A DNA stretch of 64,000 nt from an uncultured virus (IMG/VR IMGVR_UViG_3300002170_000002) (lineage: Duplodnaviria; Heunggongvirae; Uroviricota; Caudoviricetes). The notes under the pieces are model-generated. The model was not told where the DNA came from. It searched no databases and saw only the letters and a list, made by a program, of their open reading frames with translations. The DNA is taken from the IMG/VR virus record IMGVR_UViG_3300002170_000002, positions 1 through 64,000 of that record; one strand, 5' to 3'. A program made the position numbers and the translations under genes. This document shows positions 36,981-46,866 of this stretch, in pieces. The first letter of the stretch is position 1; the number at the start of each line of letters is the position of its first letter.

Positions 36981-37397
36981 TTATTCGTATATATCTATCT
37001 CTCCCAATTCATTTATGGATTCTAATAGTGGCAACGCTTTAATAGTGCAATATCCATACAGTCTATAGCCTAAAGGTTCCAACTCATCTGTTTCTTTATT
37101 GTAATATCTTTCCGTTGTGAAATCATGAAAATAGTACATCTTCTCCCCATCTTTATCTTTTAGTTTCAATAACTCATTCACTTCTTCTCGTGTATGAAGA
37201 GGTTGGGTATAATAGGTTATACTCTCCCCAAATTTGGGGGTGGGTGTGTCTTTTCTGGTGTATCCTTCCCTATATAGACATTCCTCTGCTGCTTCAATAG
37301 ATGTAAAAGCTACGCTCCATAGGTAGCTATGATTGTAATCATAAAGTTCTTCATCATCGTAGGTGATTGTATATACATATTTCTTCTCTTTACTCAT
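36981..37397 (-). CDS. Hypothetical protein
   Basis: ORF track; start trimmed to ATG 37397. Confidence 0.65.
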   Translation of the reverse strand: MSKEKKYVYTITYDDEELYDYNHSYLWSVAFTSIEAAEECLYREGYTRKDTPTPKFGESITYYTQPLHTREEVNELLKLKDKDGEKMYYFHDFTTERYYNKETDELEPLGYRLYGYCTIKALPLLESINELGEIDIYE

Positions 37398-37812
37398 TGA
37401 GATTCTCCTTTCCCCCATTTTTATAGTACTTCCAGTACCAATTGGCTTTGGCTACATCTTCTTCAAACTTACCTTTGAAGGGGGCACGTAAAAGATACTT
37501 TAGGATGTTGCCAAACACATACCCCTTATCTCCTTGCATATTCTTTGTAGCTTCTGTAATGATATCAATGACTTCTAAGTCTCCATACTGGTTGTAGTGT
37601 TTAGGGTGGTGCACTACACTGTCCATATGCTGTAGGGCATCTTCATAAACTTCTTGGAAGAATTCATCAGAATTAAACTCATCAGAATCAAACTCTTCAT
37701 CTTCTTTGTACAAGTCATAAAACTCTTTATAATTCTCTTCTCTCATTTTAGCTAACTTTTCTCCAGTCGTCTCTCTTTCCATAGCTTCCCTATTCATGAC
37801 ATCCCCTTCCAT
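37390..37812 (-). CDS. DUF3310 (SaV-like) domain protein
   Basis: DSVVHHPKHY...EVIDII...GNILKY..RA..KG...EDV.KA.WY. Confidence 0.88.
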   Translation of the reverse strand: MEGDVMNREAMERETTGEKLAKMREENYKEFYDLYKEDEEFDSDEFNSDEFFQEVYEDALQHMDSVVHHPKHYNQYGDLEVIDIITEATKNMQGDKGYVFGNILKYLLRAPFKGKFEEDVAKANWYWKYYKNGGKENLNE

Positions 37813-37856
37813 ATCTTCACTCCTCTACATTAGTTTGTTGATGTCAAAAACCTTTA

Positions 37857-38600
37857 CTATTTCTTTCCTAAAGCGACAAAAGACTCTGGAAAATGTTCTT
37901 TTGCAAGTGTCTCTACCGCTTTTGCGTAATCTCGAATTTCGCTTTGAGCATCGTACTTAGTCCTCTGGTCTACGAAGTGAAATACAGATTGAAGAGATGC
38001 TGTCCAATACCAACGAACATAAAGTCCATATGCAGGAAGGAAAAGCCTTGCCTGTTCAATGGCTACTCCTTGCGCAACGGCTGAATTGTAAAGATGCTTT
38101 CCTAATTCTTGATAATGCTTTAACGATTCTGTAAAAGCTCCACCTGTATCCATGTCAAAAGGCTCTCCACTTCCTTGCTTTGAGTTCTCTGGAGCAGACC
38201 GCCATTCTCCAGCCTCAGGTGTGTGGAGTTCAACTTCTTCAGTAATGTATCTGCGGCTCGACTCATTCCATGCGTTCAAACTATCGGCAATACCTTCTTG
38301 ATGATGTGAGCCAATGATGTATTTCCACCATTGTCGTGCCACCATAAGAGGAGCATATACTTCAAACTGCAACACAGCATGGCGAAAGGGAGAAGTGTGA
38401 TTTTCTCTGCCAAGGAAGTGAATTAAACGAACATCTTTATCACTAAGTTCTTTTGATTCCTTTGCATAAGACACTCTTGCCGCATTTGCAACAGTTAAAT
38501 CGCTGCCCAGTGTATCTACTAAGCGAACATATCCTGCTGTACCAACAGAAAGAAGGTTATTCACCTCTCCCCTTGTTACTACATTTTCTTTTTTCTCCAT
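37857..38600 (-). CDS. thyX: FAD-dependent thymidylate synthase
   Basis: ANAARVSY, HTSPFRH, PLMVARQW, WNESSRRY, EQARLFLP and AQSEIR.YA motifs; start at ATG 38600 after SD AAGGAG. Confidence 0.95.
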   Translation of the reverse strand: MEKKENVVTRGEVNNLLSVGTAGYVRLVDTLGSDLTVANAARVSYAKESKELSDKDVRLIHFLGRENHTSPFRHAVLQFEVYAPLMVARQWWKYIIGSHHQEGIADSLNAWNESSRRYITEEVELHTPEAGEWRSAPENSKQGSGEPFDMDTGGAFTESLKHYQELGKHLYNSAVAQGVAIEQARLFLPAYGLYVRWYWTASLQSVFHFVDQRTKYDAQSEIRDYAKAVETLAKEHFPESFVALGKK

Positions 38601-38706
38601 TTTATTCTCTCCTTTTCTTTGCATTTCTTCTGTGGTGTGTCTACATACTCTTTTTCTCCACATAAAAACACTATGTGACCTACTTTACTTGTTATATTCA
38701 GCTAAT

Positions 38707-39945
38707 CTAAATCAAATCTCTCTTGCCCACATATTTTGCCATTTTTCTGGGTCTCAACCCCCAAAGCACCCTTGAAGCTGTAATGCTATCATTTTCTATT
38801 TTTTCTTCAATCTCAGACACATCTAAATATTTACCACCGGGGCAAACTAAATGTGTTGCATTTTTAGCATATTTTGACAATAATTCTCTATTTTCTAAAG
38901 AAGTAGTAAATTCATTGCAATATGTTTTACTAAACCATTTGTCAATATCAAAATTCAACCTAAGTAGCTCCTTTTTTAAGCCTGTTGGTGGTTTAATTTG
39001 CACATCATTAACCCTATCCATTCCAGCTTTTTCAAATATTGGGTTAAATAAAGCCATTGCTGCTATTACATCCGTTTTAGGAAATGACCTTAAATATTCT
39101 CTAACTAATGCAGTACCTATACCACAACCTCTATATGATGGGTGTATTACAACTCTGGCTATTCTTCTTCCGTCATCATGCATTCTATTTGTACTAACCA
39201 ATATACCTATGCAATCATCGTCTAATAAAACTGCTAAATATTCTTTTGTTCCACCAGTATATTTGCCTTTATAATGGAGTTCTCCTAATCTAAGATTTCT
39301 ATAAAATACTTTATCTACATACTCAAATGAACATTCTTCTAATATTAAATTTTTATCATTCACCTGATTATATTTAATTTCCCACCTTGACGGAAATGCT
39401 TTCCCTTCTATAACTACATCTGGCATTAAATAACCCTCTAAATCATTGTGTGCCGTTACTAAAATAGCTTTCTTGCCAAGTTTTCTTATAGCTTTTTGAA
39501 TACAGTAAGCTACTGCTTTAGCTGTTTTTCTATCAAGGGTACTTAAAAACTCGTCAATATAAATTTCTTCTTTATCACTCAATAATTCTAATGCCACTCT
39601 GGCTCTTGCTTTCTGACTATCTGATAATTTTTCATAGGTAGATAAATACAACATAGCATCTCCCAACCCTACTAAAGTAAGTATCCCCAACGTCTCTTTC
39701 TGATTCTTACCCCATTCAAATAGTGGCTCTTTAGGGATTGTCATTTCCTCTATTTTGACAATCTCATTTAATATGGTGGTTTTCCCACTCCCACTTTCAC
39801 CTGTAATGTACATTATTTCATAATCAGTAGGTATTTCCAAGTCTGCCACTACATTTTCATATCCTGCATCTATGCCAAAAGCCTCGGTAATAAGATTAGC
39901 CTTTTCATTAGGCTCTACTATAAACTTCTTATAAACCCTCCTCAA
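38707..39945 (-). CDS. ABC-type ATPase fused to a GNAT acetyltransferase
   Basis: Walker A GESGSGKT, signature LSDSQKAR, Walker B IYIDEF, H-loop VTAH; GNAT motif A RVVIHPSYRGCGIG. Confidence 0.88.
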   Translation of the reverse strand: MRRVYKKFIVEPNEKANLITEAFGIDAGYENVVADLEIPTDYEIMYITGESGSGKTTILNEIVKIEEMTIPKEPLFEWGKNQKETLGILTLVGLGDAMLYLSTYEKLSDSQKARARVALELLSDKEEIYIDEFLSTLDRKTAKAVAYCIQKAIRKLGKKAILVTAHNDLEGYLMPDVVIEGKAFPSRWEIKYNQVNDKNLILEECSFEYVDKVFYRNLRLGELHYKGKYTGGTKEYLAVLLDDDCIGILVSTNRMHDDGRRIARVVIHPSYRGCGIGTALVREYLRSFPKTDVIAAMALFNPIFEKAGMDRVNDVQIKPPTGLKKELLRLNFDIDKWFSKTYCNEFTTSLENRELLSKYAKNATHLVCPGGKYLDVSEIEEKIENDSITASRVLWGLRPRKMAKYVGKRDLI

Positions 39946-40054
39946 TTATTTATCTCTCCCTTCTATTGCACATAAATAACACTATGTGACCTATTTTACT
40001 TGTTTTGCTGAAGCCTCTTTCTCCTCTCACTCAGCATACAATTGAGCAAGGGCT

Positions 40055-40315
40055 TCACTCCTCTATATTAGTTGGTTTCACACTAAATAACTCTGCCTCA
40101 TCTCTTTCAATAATAGTAAAGACTTCACTAAGTGCATTGATTAGTAGGTATTTATCTACAGAATCTTCTTCCTCTAAAAGAGAGATGCGTAAAGTGATGT
40201 AGTCTTTCATAGTTTCAGTAACGTGTTGGTCTACTAAGATTTCATTCAATCTTTCATTTCTACTTTCTTTGCCATCTAACTCAATATCTCTTTCTTCTTT
40301 TCTTTCTTCTATCAT
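40055..40315 (-). CDS. Hypothetical protein
   Basis: ORF track; SD AGGTGAGG. Confidence 0.6.
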   Translation of the reverse strand: MIEERKEERDIELDGKESRNERLNEILVDQHVTETMKDYITLRISLLEEEDSVDKYLLINALSEVFTIIERDEAELFSVKPTNIEE

Positions 40316-40541
40316 TTCCTCACCTAATTATACTGAGTTAATTCTATTGATTTAACTCTCCTTTCTCTTCTTTTTGTTTATTAATGTATTTTTATTTATT
40401 AATGTATTTTTATTTACTAATATAGCCGTTCTGATTCTCTCTAAAGTTCTCCCCATCACTTAGTATACCTAAATGAGTAGCACTCATTAACTCAGCTCTG
40501 GAAGGGGGTTTATTTGATTAGAGTGGATTCTGTGATTACTA

Positions 40542-41030
40542 CTAAGCTCCAGTGCTTCCAATCCCACCTTCTCCCCTTTCAGTATCTTCTAACTCATCTG
40601 CTTCTACAAATTCAACAGGTTCTGCTTTCTCTATCAGTAGTTGTGCAATCCTCTCTCCCTTCTTTAGGATAAATGACTCTGCGTTAAAGGAGCGGATGGC
40701 AACAATCACCTCTCCCCGATAATCTGAATCAATGATGCCAGTTCCATTAGCTAAGGCTAATCCTTTCCTAATCCCAATAGAGGAGCGTACATAAAGTTTT
40801 CCCACATACCCTTTAGGGATTTCCAAATATAGTCCAGTATTGATAAGGGTCACCCCAACGTGTAGCTTATTAGAAATGACAGAAGAAGGATTGATATGAA
40901 CATCCTCCAATAAGGCAATATCAAAACCAGCAGACCCATCTGTTGCTTGAAAAGGAGGACTGGCTCCTTTATCTAATTTATATTTTACAATTACTCTTGA
41001 TTCTGTATTCTGATTAAGTTTCTCTACCAT
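40542..41030 (-). CDS. dut: Trimeric dUTPase
   Basis: SAGFDI, RSSIG, GIIDSDYRGE, GERIAQL and RGEGGIGSTG motifs. Confidence 0.96.
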   Translation of the reverse strand: MVEKLNQNTESRVIVKYKLDKGASPPFQATDGSAGFDIALLEDVHINPSSVISNKLHVGVTLINTGLYLEIPKGYVGKLYVRSSIGIRKGLALANGTGIIDSDYRGEVIVAIRSFNAESFILKKGERIAQLLIEKAEPVEFVEADELEDTERGEGGIGSTGA

Positions 41031-41521
41031 CCTTCTTCCCCCCAAATATCATCTTCAAAATCTTCAGTGTCTACCCCACTCTTTGTTTCACTATTTGTCT
41101 CACCCTTTGTTTCACTATCTGTATCATACTCTGAGATAACCCTATCCTTCTGGGCTAAGTGGGAATTACTTGCCACAATGTCAATCACAAAACTCCCAAT
41201 AGACTGTCCATGGTCTAACCCAGAGAAGTAATGAGTTTGTGCTTCTGAAATCTCACCAGTCAAAACTCTTCGATTAAACTCTGCTAAAATCATATCTGCC
41301 ACATACTTACAAGTTAAGAGCATACGAACAAACTCTTTCCTGTCAATGGCAATGAGGTCATATTCTTTCTTCCCCATGTGAGCCATGATTGCTTCTTCAT
41401 CTACTGCTCTGTATGTTTCATAAATGAGTTTTCTAACGTCAAGTTTTTCCACCATTATCTCTTCCTTCACATCTTCTGAGTAGGTTTTACCTTCAAACTT
41501 GATGTCTTTTCTATTCCCCAA
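41024..41521 (-). CDS. Hypothetical protein
   Basis: ORF track; SD AAGGAGG. Confidence 0.65.
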   Translation of the reverse strand: MGNRKDIKFEGKTYSEDVKEEIMVEKLDVRKLIYETYRAVDEEAIMAHMGKKEYDLIAIDRKEFVRMLLTCKYVADMILAEFNRRVLTGEISEAQTHYFSGLDHGQSIGSFVIDIVASNSHLAQKDRVISEYDTDSETKGETNSETKSGVDTEDFEDDIWGEEGW

Positions 41522-41629
41522 TTTGCTAACCCCTCCTTTTTATTGCCCTTCTTTCCTACTATCTACAGCTTACCATAGATTATTTGGTATGTATTAATAC
41601 CTCTTTCCGCTATAATATTAACATTCTTT

Positions 41630-41869
41630 TTATTCATACAAATTCTCCTTTGCTTCTTCACCATTGGGGCTAAAGATGAAACTATCTAACTTCTCATCAT
41701 AGTGATTTAGGATTTCTTGGATGTTCCTATACGTCACTAAATCATGAGTTTTTCTTACCTGTACTCCAACCTCTGAAATTAAGTTAGTAATTAGGTAGAT
41801 GAGATAGACTTCTCCGTCTGTGTATACAGTAGTTTCTGGATTTACTTCTTTTACTTTCTCTTTTTTCAT
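41630..41869 (-). CDS. Hypothetical protein
   Basis: ORF track; abuts the upstream gene. Confidence 0.6.
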   Translation of the reverse strand: MKKEKVKEVNPETTVYTDGEVYLIYLITNLISEVGVQVRKTHDLVTYRNIQEILNHYDEKLDSFIFSPNGEEAKENLYE

Positions 41870-42649
41870 TTATCTCATTAATCTCCCGTCTATATCAGAC
41901 CATCGAAATTTCCTATCATTCGCATTTATCAGCCCTTCATCCTCAAGCGTAAAGCGCCTGTCAAAGTCGTGTACTGTTCTGCCATTGGGTTGGAATGTAA
42001 CAGGGCTGTCCTTATCCCATTTCAGCATCAGGTGCCAATATTCAGGATATTGTTTGCGAAGTAAGCGAAGCTGATTGACTCTTTGATTGTGACAAAACCA
42101 GCATCCACCTCTTTCGCTCTGCGTATAGATAGGTGAAAGCAAATCCAACTTTTCGCAAATTTCTTTGGCTTCTGCTTCGGTGACATTGTGCTCTACCAAC
42201 GGTGACCGCTTGCGGTCTGTAAGGTTGTGGAATCTATTTGGTTCATCGGCTGCGATGCCGATATATTGCGTTATGTTTTTATTTCGTTCCAACCTTCTTA
42301 ATTCTCTGACCTTTAAGTCTGAATTACACCACGCACCTCGTATCATTGGAAAACCATATATTGTTCCGCTTCTTTTCCCTTTACTCATCCGCCTGTAAAA
42401 GTGTTGTTCATAGGTTTCCTTGGCGTATAGATGTTCGACCTCAATCCCGTACCGTTCTTTGATAATCTTGTCGGCTTTGCGCTTGAACTCCATCATTGGC
42501 GGTAAGTCGGCTGGGATCTTATCGGTTGCCATGATTTCAATATGGATGATTCGGTCAAGTGGCATATTGTGTTGCTTGATAACTTCAAGCATTGCACATG
42601 AGTCTTTGCCGTAGCTCAACGAAGCTATATATTCCATCGCTGTTGTCAT
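41870..42649 (-). CDS. PAPS-reductase-family (PP-loop) protein
   Basis: SYGKDS PP-loop, WCNSDLK, YIGIAADE..R and RGGCWFC motifs. Confidence 0.88.
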   Translation of the reverse strand: MTTAMEYIASLSYGKDSCAMLEVIKQHNMPLDRIIHIEIMATDKIPADLPPMMEFKRKADKIIKERYGIEVEHLYAKETYEQHFYRRMSKGKRSGTIYGFPMIRGAWCNSDLKVRELRRLERNKNITQYIGIAADEPNRFHNLTDRKRSPLVEHNVTEAEAKEICEKLDLLSPIYTQSERGGCWFCHNQRVNQLRLLRKQYPEYWHLMLKWDKDSPVTFQPNGRTVHDFDRRFTLEDEGLINANDRKFRWSDIDGRLMR

Positions 42650-42695
42650 TTTTCACTCCTCTGCCTTGTTGTATTCCCCTTCTCCTTTCTTAGTA

Positions 42696-43127
42696 TTATA
42701 GTAAAAGCATTTGTATGAGGACTTTCATGTATATATTTCCTATCCTCATATGTATCATACCAAACCTTTGCCAGTTTGTCAAGTGGTTTTCTATAGTTTC
42801 TTTGTCATACAGCTTGGAAAGTCTTTTGTAGGTAGTTAATTCATACATTCCTATTCCTGTACTTTCTACTGTTGCTCTTCTTCCTAAATCCTTTACTTGT
42901 TTTAGTCTTACAAACGCTTCTAAGAAAAGAGAAGCATATAGGATTTCATTTCCTTCTTCATAATCATCTAACGCATTCTTTTCTTTCCCCAAAACCTTGA
43001 ATACAAACTTCTTATGGTCTTGATAGGTTGACTCTTTCCCATAAAGGTGAGAAAAGTCTTGTTTTTGATTGGTTGGTTGAAAGAACCCGTCCTTTGGTTT
43101 TTGTAAATTCATTTTAGCTAAGCTCAT
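42696..43127 (-). CDS. Hypothetical protein, possible clamp-loader accessory subunit
   Basis: ORF track; adjacent to clamp-loader genes. Function inferred from position only. Confidence 0.5.
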   Translation of the reverse strand: MSLAKMNLQKPKDGFFQPTNQKQDFSHLYGKESTYQDHKKFVFKVLGKEKNALDDYEEGNEILYASLFLEAFVRLKQVKDLGRRATVESTGIGMYELTTYKRLSKLYDKETIENHLTNWQRFGMIHMRIGNIYMKVLIQMLLL

Positions 43128-43215
43128 AATCTTTCTCCTTTCCCACCTTTACAGAAACTCCGTACGAGTAAAAAATAATTTGTGAAATTGACTTTTTCTA
43201 AATCAGAAGTCTAAA

Positions 43216-43911
43216 TCAGAATCTTAAGTAGGCATCTACAAATGAACTAAATAATGCTAAGGAATCTCCTTGTGTTTTGTAGCTCTGCTCATAGATGCTA
43301 TTGGCTTTGTGCATAGAAAGAATAACTGCTAACCGTAGGTCATCTTTTGTGGTTAGTTTCTGCACCATTTCAATTAGAGTCCTAATGTCTAAGTTCTTAT
43401 TGAGTGCTTTAACTACCCCAAATACTTTGATAGCATTTCCCACCATCAATTGTTCTCTATCTTCCACAAATATTTCTGCTAATTGCAGTAGGATTTCAAA
43501 ATCTGATTCCGATAACTCTTCTAAGGCTGTGATGTATTCCAGTTCATGTTTCTTAATGAATTCATAGGTTGTGGTGGGGTATTTATCTTTGAAGGTTTCT
43601 AACACCTTACCATAGATAGGAACATACTCACTATAACCCCCTGCTCTACTGTAGAGGGCTTCTGATACCTTCTCAATACTATCTGTGATGAAGGTAATCT
43701 CTAACAATGGGTTATCATTCTCTTCTGCCAATTTTAGTAGAGAGGATTGTGCTTTCTCTGTGTTGATAGTGATAGCTATCTTGGTTTTTAGTAGGGGATT
43801 AAACTGTATAAGTTCCTCTACCTTTACCTGTGTATCCACAATTCTGTATCCCTCCCTCCCATAATAAGAAGGGGCAAGGGGGAGTGAATCTACTACATGA
43901 ATTTTAATCAT
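43216..43911 (-). CDS. Possible clamp-loader delta-prime-like subunit
   Basis: AQSSLLKLAEE ... L.SR resembles the AQNALLK..EE and SRC region; coupled to the gamma/tau-like gene. Confidence 0.5.
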   Translation of the reverse strand: MIKIHVVDSLPLAPSYYGREGYRIVDTQVKVEELIQFNPLLKTKIAITINTEKAQSSLLKLAEENDNPLLEITFITDSIEKVSEALYSRAGGYSEYVPIYGKVLETFKDKYPTTTYEFIKKHELEYITALEELSESDFEILLQLAEIFVEDREQLMVGNAIKVFGVVKALNKNLDIRTLIEMVQKLTTKDDLRLAVILSMHKANSIYEQSYKTQGDSLALFSSFVDAYLRF

Positions 43912-44816
43912 TCTTTCTCCCCCTTGGTTGAGGCATCATCAGTTTCAATACTTGCCATGATAGCTGAATTATATTTCAGTAAAAGCATACCATTGATTAG
44001 ATATTCTTTTGGCTGTAAAACTAAACAGGACTCATAATAGAGTTGCAGTAACATATTAGCTAACATCACTGAATGTTCTGTGCCTTTCTCTAACAGGCAA
44101 GAAATCATCTGCATAAGATTGTAGGCTAAATTAGGAATCTTTTCAAGGTATTTTTGTGTGAACCCTAAGGTCAATACCTTCTCCGTAAACTCATCAATAT
44201 CTACTACATTGAAATCTCCTGTAATTGCAAACTGTTCTAAAGACTTGATAGCAGTTCTCATATTCCCGTCTGCTCTTCTTGCCATAGCTGTTAGAGTGAT
44301 GTTATCTACCTTAATTTTCTCCTTAGATGCAATGAAGGATAGGTTGTGGTAAATATCATCTATTGTGTGAGGCATAAAGTGAACAGGCATGAGTCTGGAA
44401 AGTACTGTGTCAGGAATCTTCTCTGGACTGGTAGTTAAGAAGAAGAAATATACATCTTCAGGTGGTTCTTCAATTGTCTTTAAGAATGTATCCCAGCTCT
44501 TCTTTGCATAGTGGTTAGCCTCATCAATGATAAATACTTTGGGAAGAGGGGAGTATACACTTACTAATTCATTAATACTTCTTACATCCTCTACATTAGG
44601 ATTAGCAGAAGCATCAATTTCATAGATGTTTGTGTCACCTGTTAATTGTTTAGCAGCAATCCTTGCAAGAGTAGTTTTTCCTGTACCACTTTCTCCAAAC
44701 AGTAGAAAGCATTGTGGTACCTTCCCATCCTTAGGTGGGTTAAGAAGATTTGCCATTATATCTCCTCGAATTGCTTCTGTGAATTCAGTTGGTCTGTGTT
44801 TATTTACTAAGTCCAT
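43908..44816 (-). CDS. Clamp loader AAA+ ATPase (DNA Pol III gamma/tau-like)
   Basis: KHRPTEF, GESGTGKTT, EIDAS, KVFIIDEA, LKTIEEPP and G.MR.A motifs. Confidence 0.9.
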   Translation of the reverse strand: MDLVNKHRPTEFTEAIRGDIMANLLNPPKDGKVPQCFLLFGESGTGKTTLARIAAKQLTGDTNIYEIDASANPNVEDVRSINELVSVYSPLPKVFIIDEANHYAKKSWDTFLKTIEEPPEDVYFFFLTTSPEKIPDTVLSRLMPVHFMPHTIDDIYHNLSFIASKEKIKVDNITLTAMARRADGNMRTAIKSLEQFAITGDFNVVDIDEFTEKVLTLGFTQKYLEKIPNLAYNLMQMISCLLEKGTEHSVMLANMLLQLYYESCLVLQPKEYLINGMLLLKYNSAIMASIETDDASTKGEKE

Positions 44817-44820
44817 TTCC

Positions 44821-45249
44821 TTACTCCTCTTCCCAAATTGTTTCAGCTCTATTCCCCACATAAATTTTATTCTCCCCATCTCTGTATAAGGTCTGAGCTA
44901 ATTCCTTAAAGTCCTCTAACTTCATTACAATATAGTTATCTTGTTGCAAGGGATTGTAATTGAATACTACCCCACTGTAGTTAGCGTTCATCCTAAAGCT
45001 GTCTTGTTCCACAACCTCCAACCATTCCTTTTTCACGCTAAAGGAACGAACAGGTTGGGTCTTAGTTTTACATTCTAATAGAATAGTTTCTCCATTGGGT
45101 AGGGTGGCTTCTACATCTCCTTTTTTGAATGGGGTTGCCCCACTGGCTAATACCACTCTACCGTCTAAGGTTCTGGCTACACTATCCTCTTGCAACCCAC
45201 TGTAATATTTATTAGATTTTTTACCATTCTTACCGTTTCCATTTTTCAT
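44821..45249 (-). CDS. PD-(D/E)XK nuclease, Holliday-junction-resolvase-like
   Basis: QE..VA, SGAT.F.KGDV and LLECKT motifs. Confidence 0.8.
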   Translation of the reverse strand: MKNGNGKNGKKSNKYYSGLQEDSVARTLDGRVVLASGATPFKKGDVEATLPNGETILLECKTKTQPVRSFSVKKEWLEVVEQDSFRMNANYSGVVFNYNPLQQDNYIVMKLEDFKELAQTLYRDGENKIYVGNRAETIWEEE

Positions 45250-45270
45250 TCTTACCCTTCCCCTTTCTTT

Positions 45271-45516
45271 TTAATCCTTAGTTGTAGAAAAGTCCGCAGC
45301 TGCAAAACTTACCAACAATGTCAATAGGATTGCTTGCCCTACTCCAATCTTTGGGAGATTAAAGATAACTGGCATTACATAATTCCACAAGATAGACACA
45401 ATAGCTCCTCTTAGTACCAGTAGAGAAGCAAACATAATGAGATAAACTAACGCTGTTGCAAACCCAGTTTTAACTCTTTCAGAACGGGATAGTTTCTCCT
45501 TCGTTTTCTCCTTCAA
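45271..45516 (-). CDS. Small membrane protein
   Basis: Two hydrophobic segments with LWNYVMP.IF.LP.I...QA. Confidence 0.7.
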   Translation of the reverse strand: MKEKTKEKLSRSERVKTGFATALVYLIMFASLLVLRGAIVSILWNYVMPVIFNLPKIGVGQAILLTLLVSFAAADFSTTKD

Positions 45517-46567
45517 TTTCTTCCTCCTTCACTTCATTGTTCTCTCCATCAGTGTTCTCTGCATTAAGAACAGTATACACTCTTTCAATTAGTTTGTCAA
45601 GTATTTCTGGGTTGGATTCTAAAAATGTTTTCAATTTCTCTTTCCCTTGAATTTTAGGTTCTCCTTCTGCTATGGAAGTAACATCATAGAAAGCTCCTGC
45701 TCTGCTAATCACTCCCACTATCTCTGCCATCTCGATGGCATCATTTACTTTATCTATTCCTTCATGATAGGTTAAGGTATAGGATGCCACCCTCCTATCA
45801 TTGCGAAAGGCTTTGGTCTTGAGTACAGCTACCGTTACTAAGTTCCCATAGGGATTCTCTGCACTCTTGGCAATAACCTTTCTTTTCTCATCAATGTAAT
45901 CTCCTCTCTTGGTTTGTAGTCTAATAGAACACGTATGCTTCCATGCATTTCCTCCTGTTGTTTGGACTCCACCCCCATAGGAAATTACATCTCGAACTTG
46001 GTTGATGCCGATTAAAGTTGTACCATATTTTTTGCATAAACCTACAGCTTGTTTAGAGAAATTAGTGAGGGCTTTGGCTATCCCTGCCATTGTATCCTCT
46101 TCAATGGTTTTCTCTAAAGCTTGTGCAGATACTAAAACCCCAATAGAGTCAATTACCATGAGAGATACTTCTCCTGTGTCCAACAGCTCTATTGCTTTGG
46201 AGAATATCCATTCTGCACTTTGATTGGTGGGGGATAAGAGAATTAGTTTTGATATATCTACCCCTATCTTCTCTGCCCAGTTGGCATCTAAGGTATTCTC
46301 TGCATCAATATAGACTACACTTTTATCTGGGAATTTTCTTTGTGCATTGGCTACTAAGTCTAAAGAAAGGGTAGTCTTACTGCTACCTTCTCTCCCACTT
46401 ATTTCCATTAAGATTCCGCTGGGGATACCTCCATACGTCATCCATTGAAGTTTGGGGGAAGAGAAGGGGATTTTATTTTCTGCATAATAGTTTTTAATTC
46501 CTAAGGTCGCTAACTCCTCCCCCATATCTTTATTAATCTTTGCTATTAAGTTGGTTAATTTACTCAA
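45479..46567 (-). CDS. recA: RecA-like recombinase
   Basis: GGIP.G..MEI.G....SKTT, YIDAENTLD, VIDSIG.L, INQVRD and TTGG.A.K motifs. Confidence 0.93.
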   Translation of the reverse strand: MSKLTNLIAKINKDMGEELATLGIKNYYAENKIPFSSPKLQWMTYGGIPSGILMEISGREGSSKTTLSLDLVANAQRKFPDKSVVYIDAENTLDANWAEKIGVDISKLILLSPTNQSAEWIFSKAIELLDTGEVSLMVIDSIGVLVSAQALEKTIEEDTMAGIAKALTNFSKQAVGLCKKYGTTLIGINQVRDVISYGGGVQTTGGNAWKHTCSIRLQTKRGDYIDEKRKVIAKSAENPYGNLVTVAVLKTKAFRNDRRVASYTLTYHEGIDKVNDAIEMAEIVGVISRAGAFYDVTSIAEGEPKIQGKEKLKTFLESNPEILDKLIERVYTVLNAENTDGENNEVKEEEIEGENEGETIPF

Positions 46568-46597
46568 CCTTTCTCACCTTTTCTCTCCCCCTTTGTA

Positions 46598-46855
46598 TTA
46601 CAGAAACTCCATCTCTTCAGGATTTAAGTCATACCCAACAACCTTAAACTCAGTACTTTCTCCCAACCCATAGTGGGCTTTCATATTGGCTTCTAAGTTA
46701 TTGTAATAGGTGGCGGCAATCCTTGCATTCCTTAGGCTGTCATAAACCCTTGCTTTTTTATTAATGGTGGTGTCGTAGAAAATATCTCCATCTGGTTGTC
46801 TATAAACGGCTATGACTCTGTATACCCTTCTTGGGAAGTGCTTAAACTCTTTCAT
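46598..46855 (-). CDS. Hypothetical protein
   Basis: ORF track; SD AAGGAG. Confidence 0.65.
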   Translation of the reverse strand: MKEFKHFPRRVYRVIAVYRQPDGDIFYDTTINKKARVYDSLRNARIAATYYNNLEANMKAHYGLGESTEFKVVGYDLNPEEMEFL

Positions 46856-46866
46856 ATTTTTCTCCT

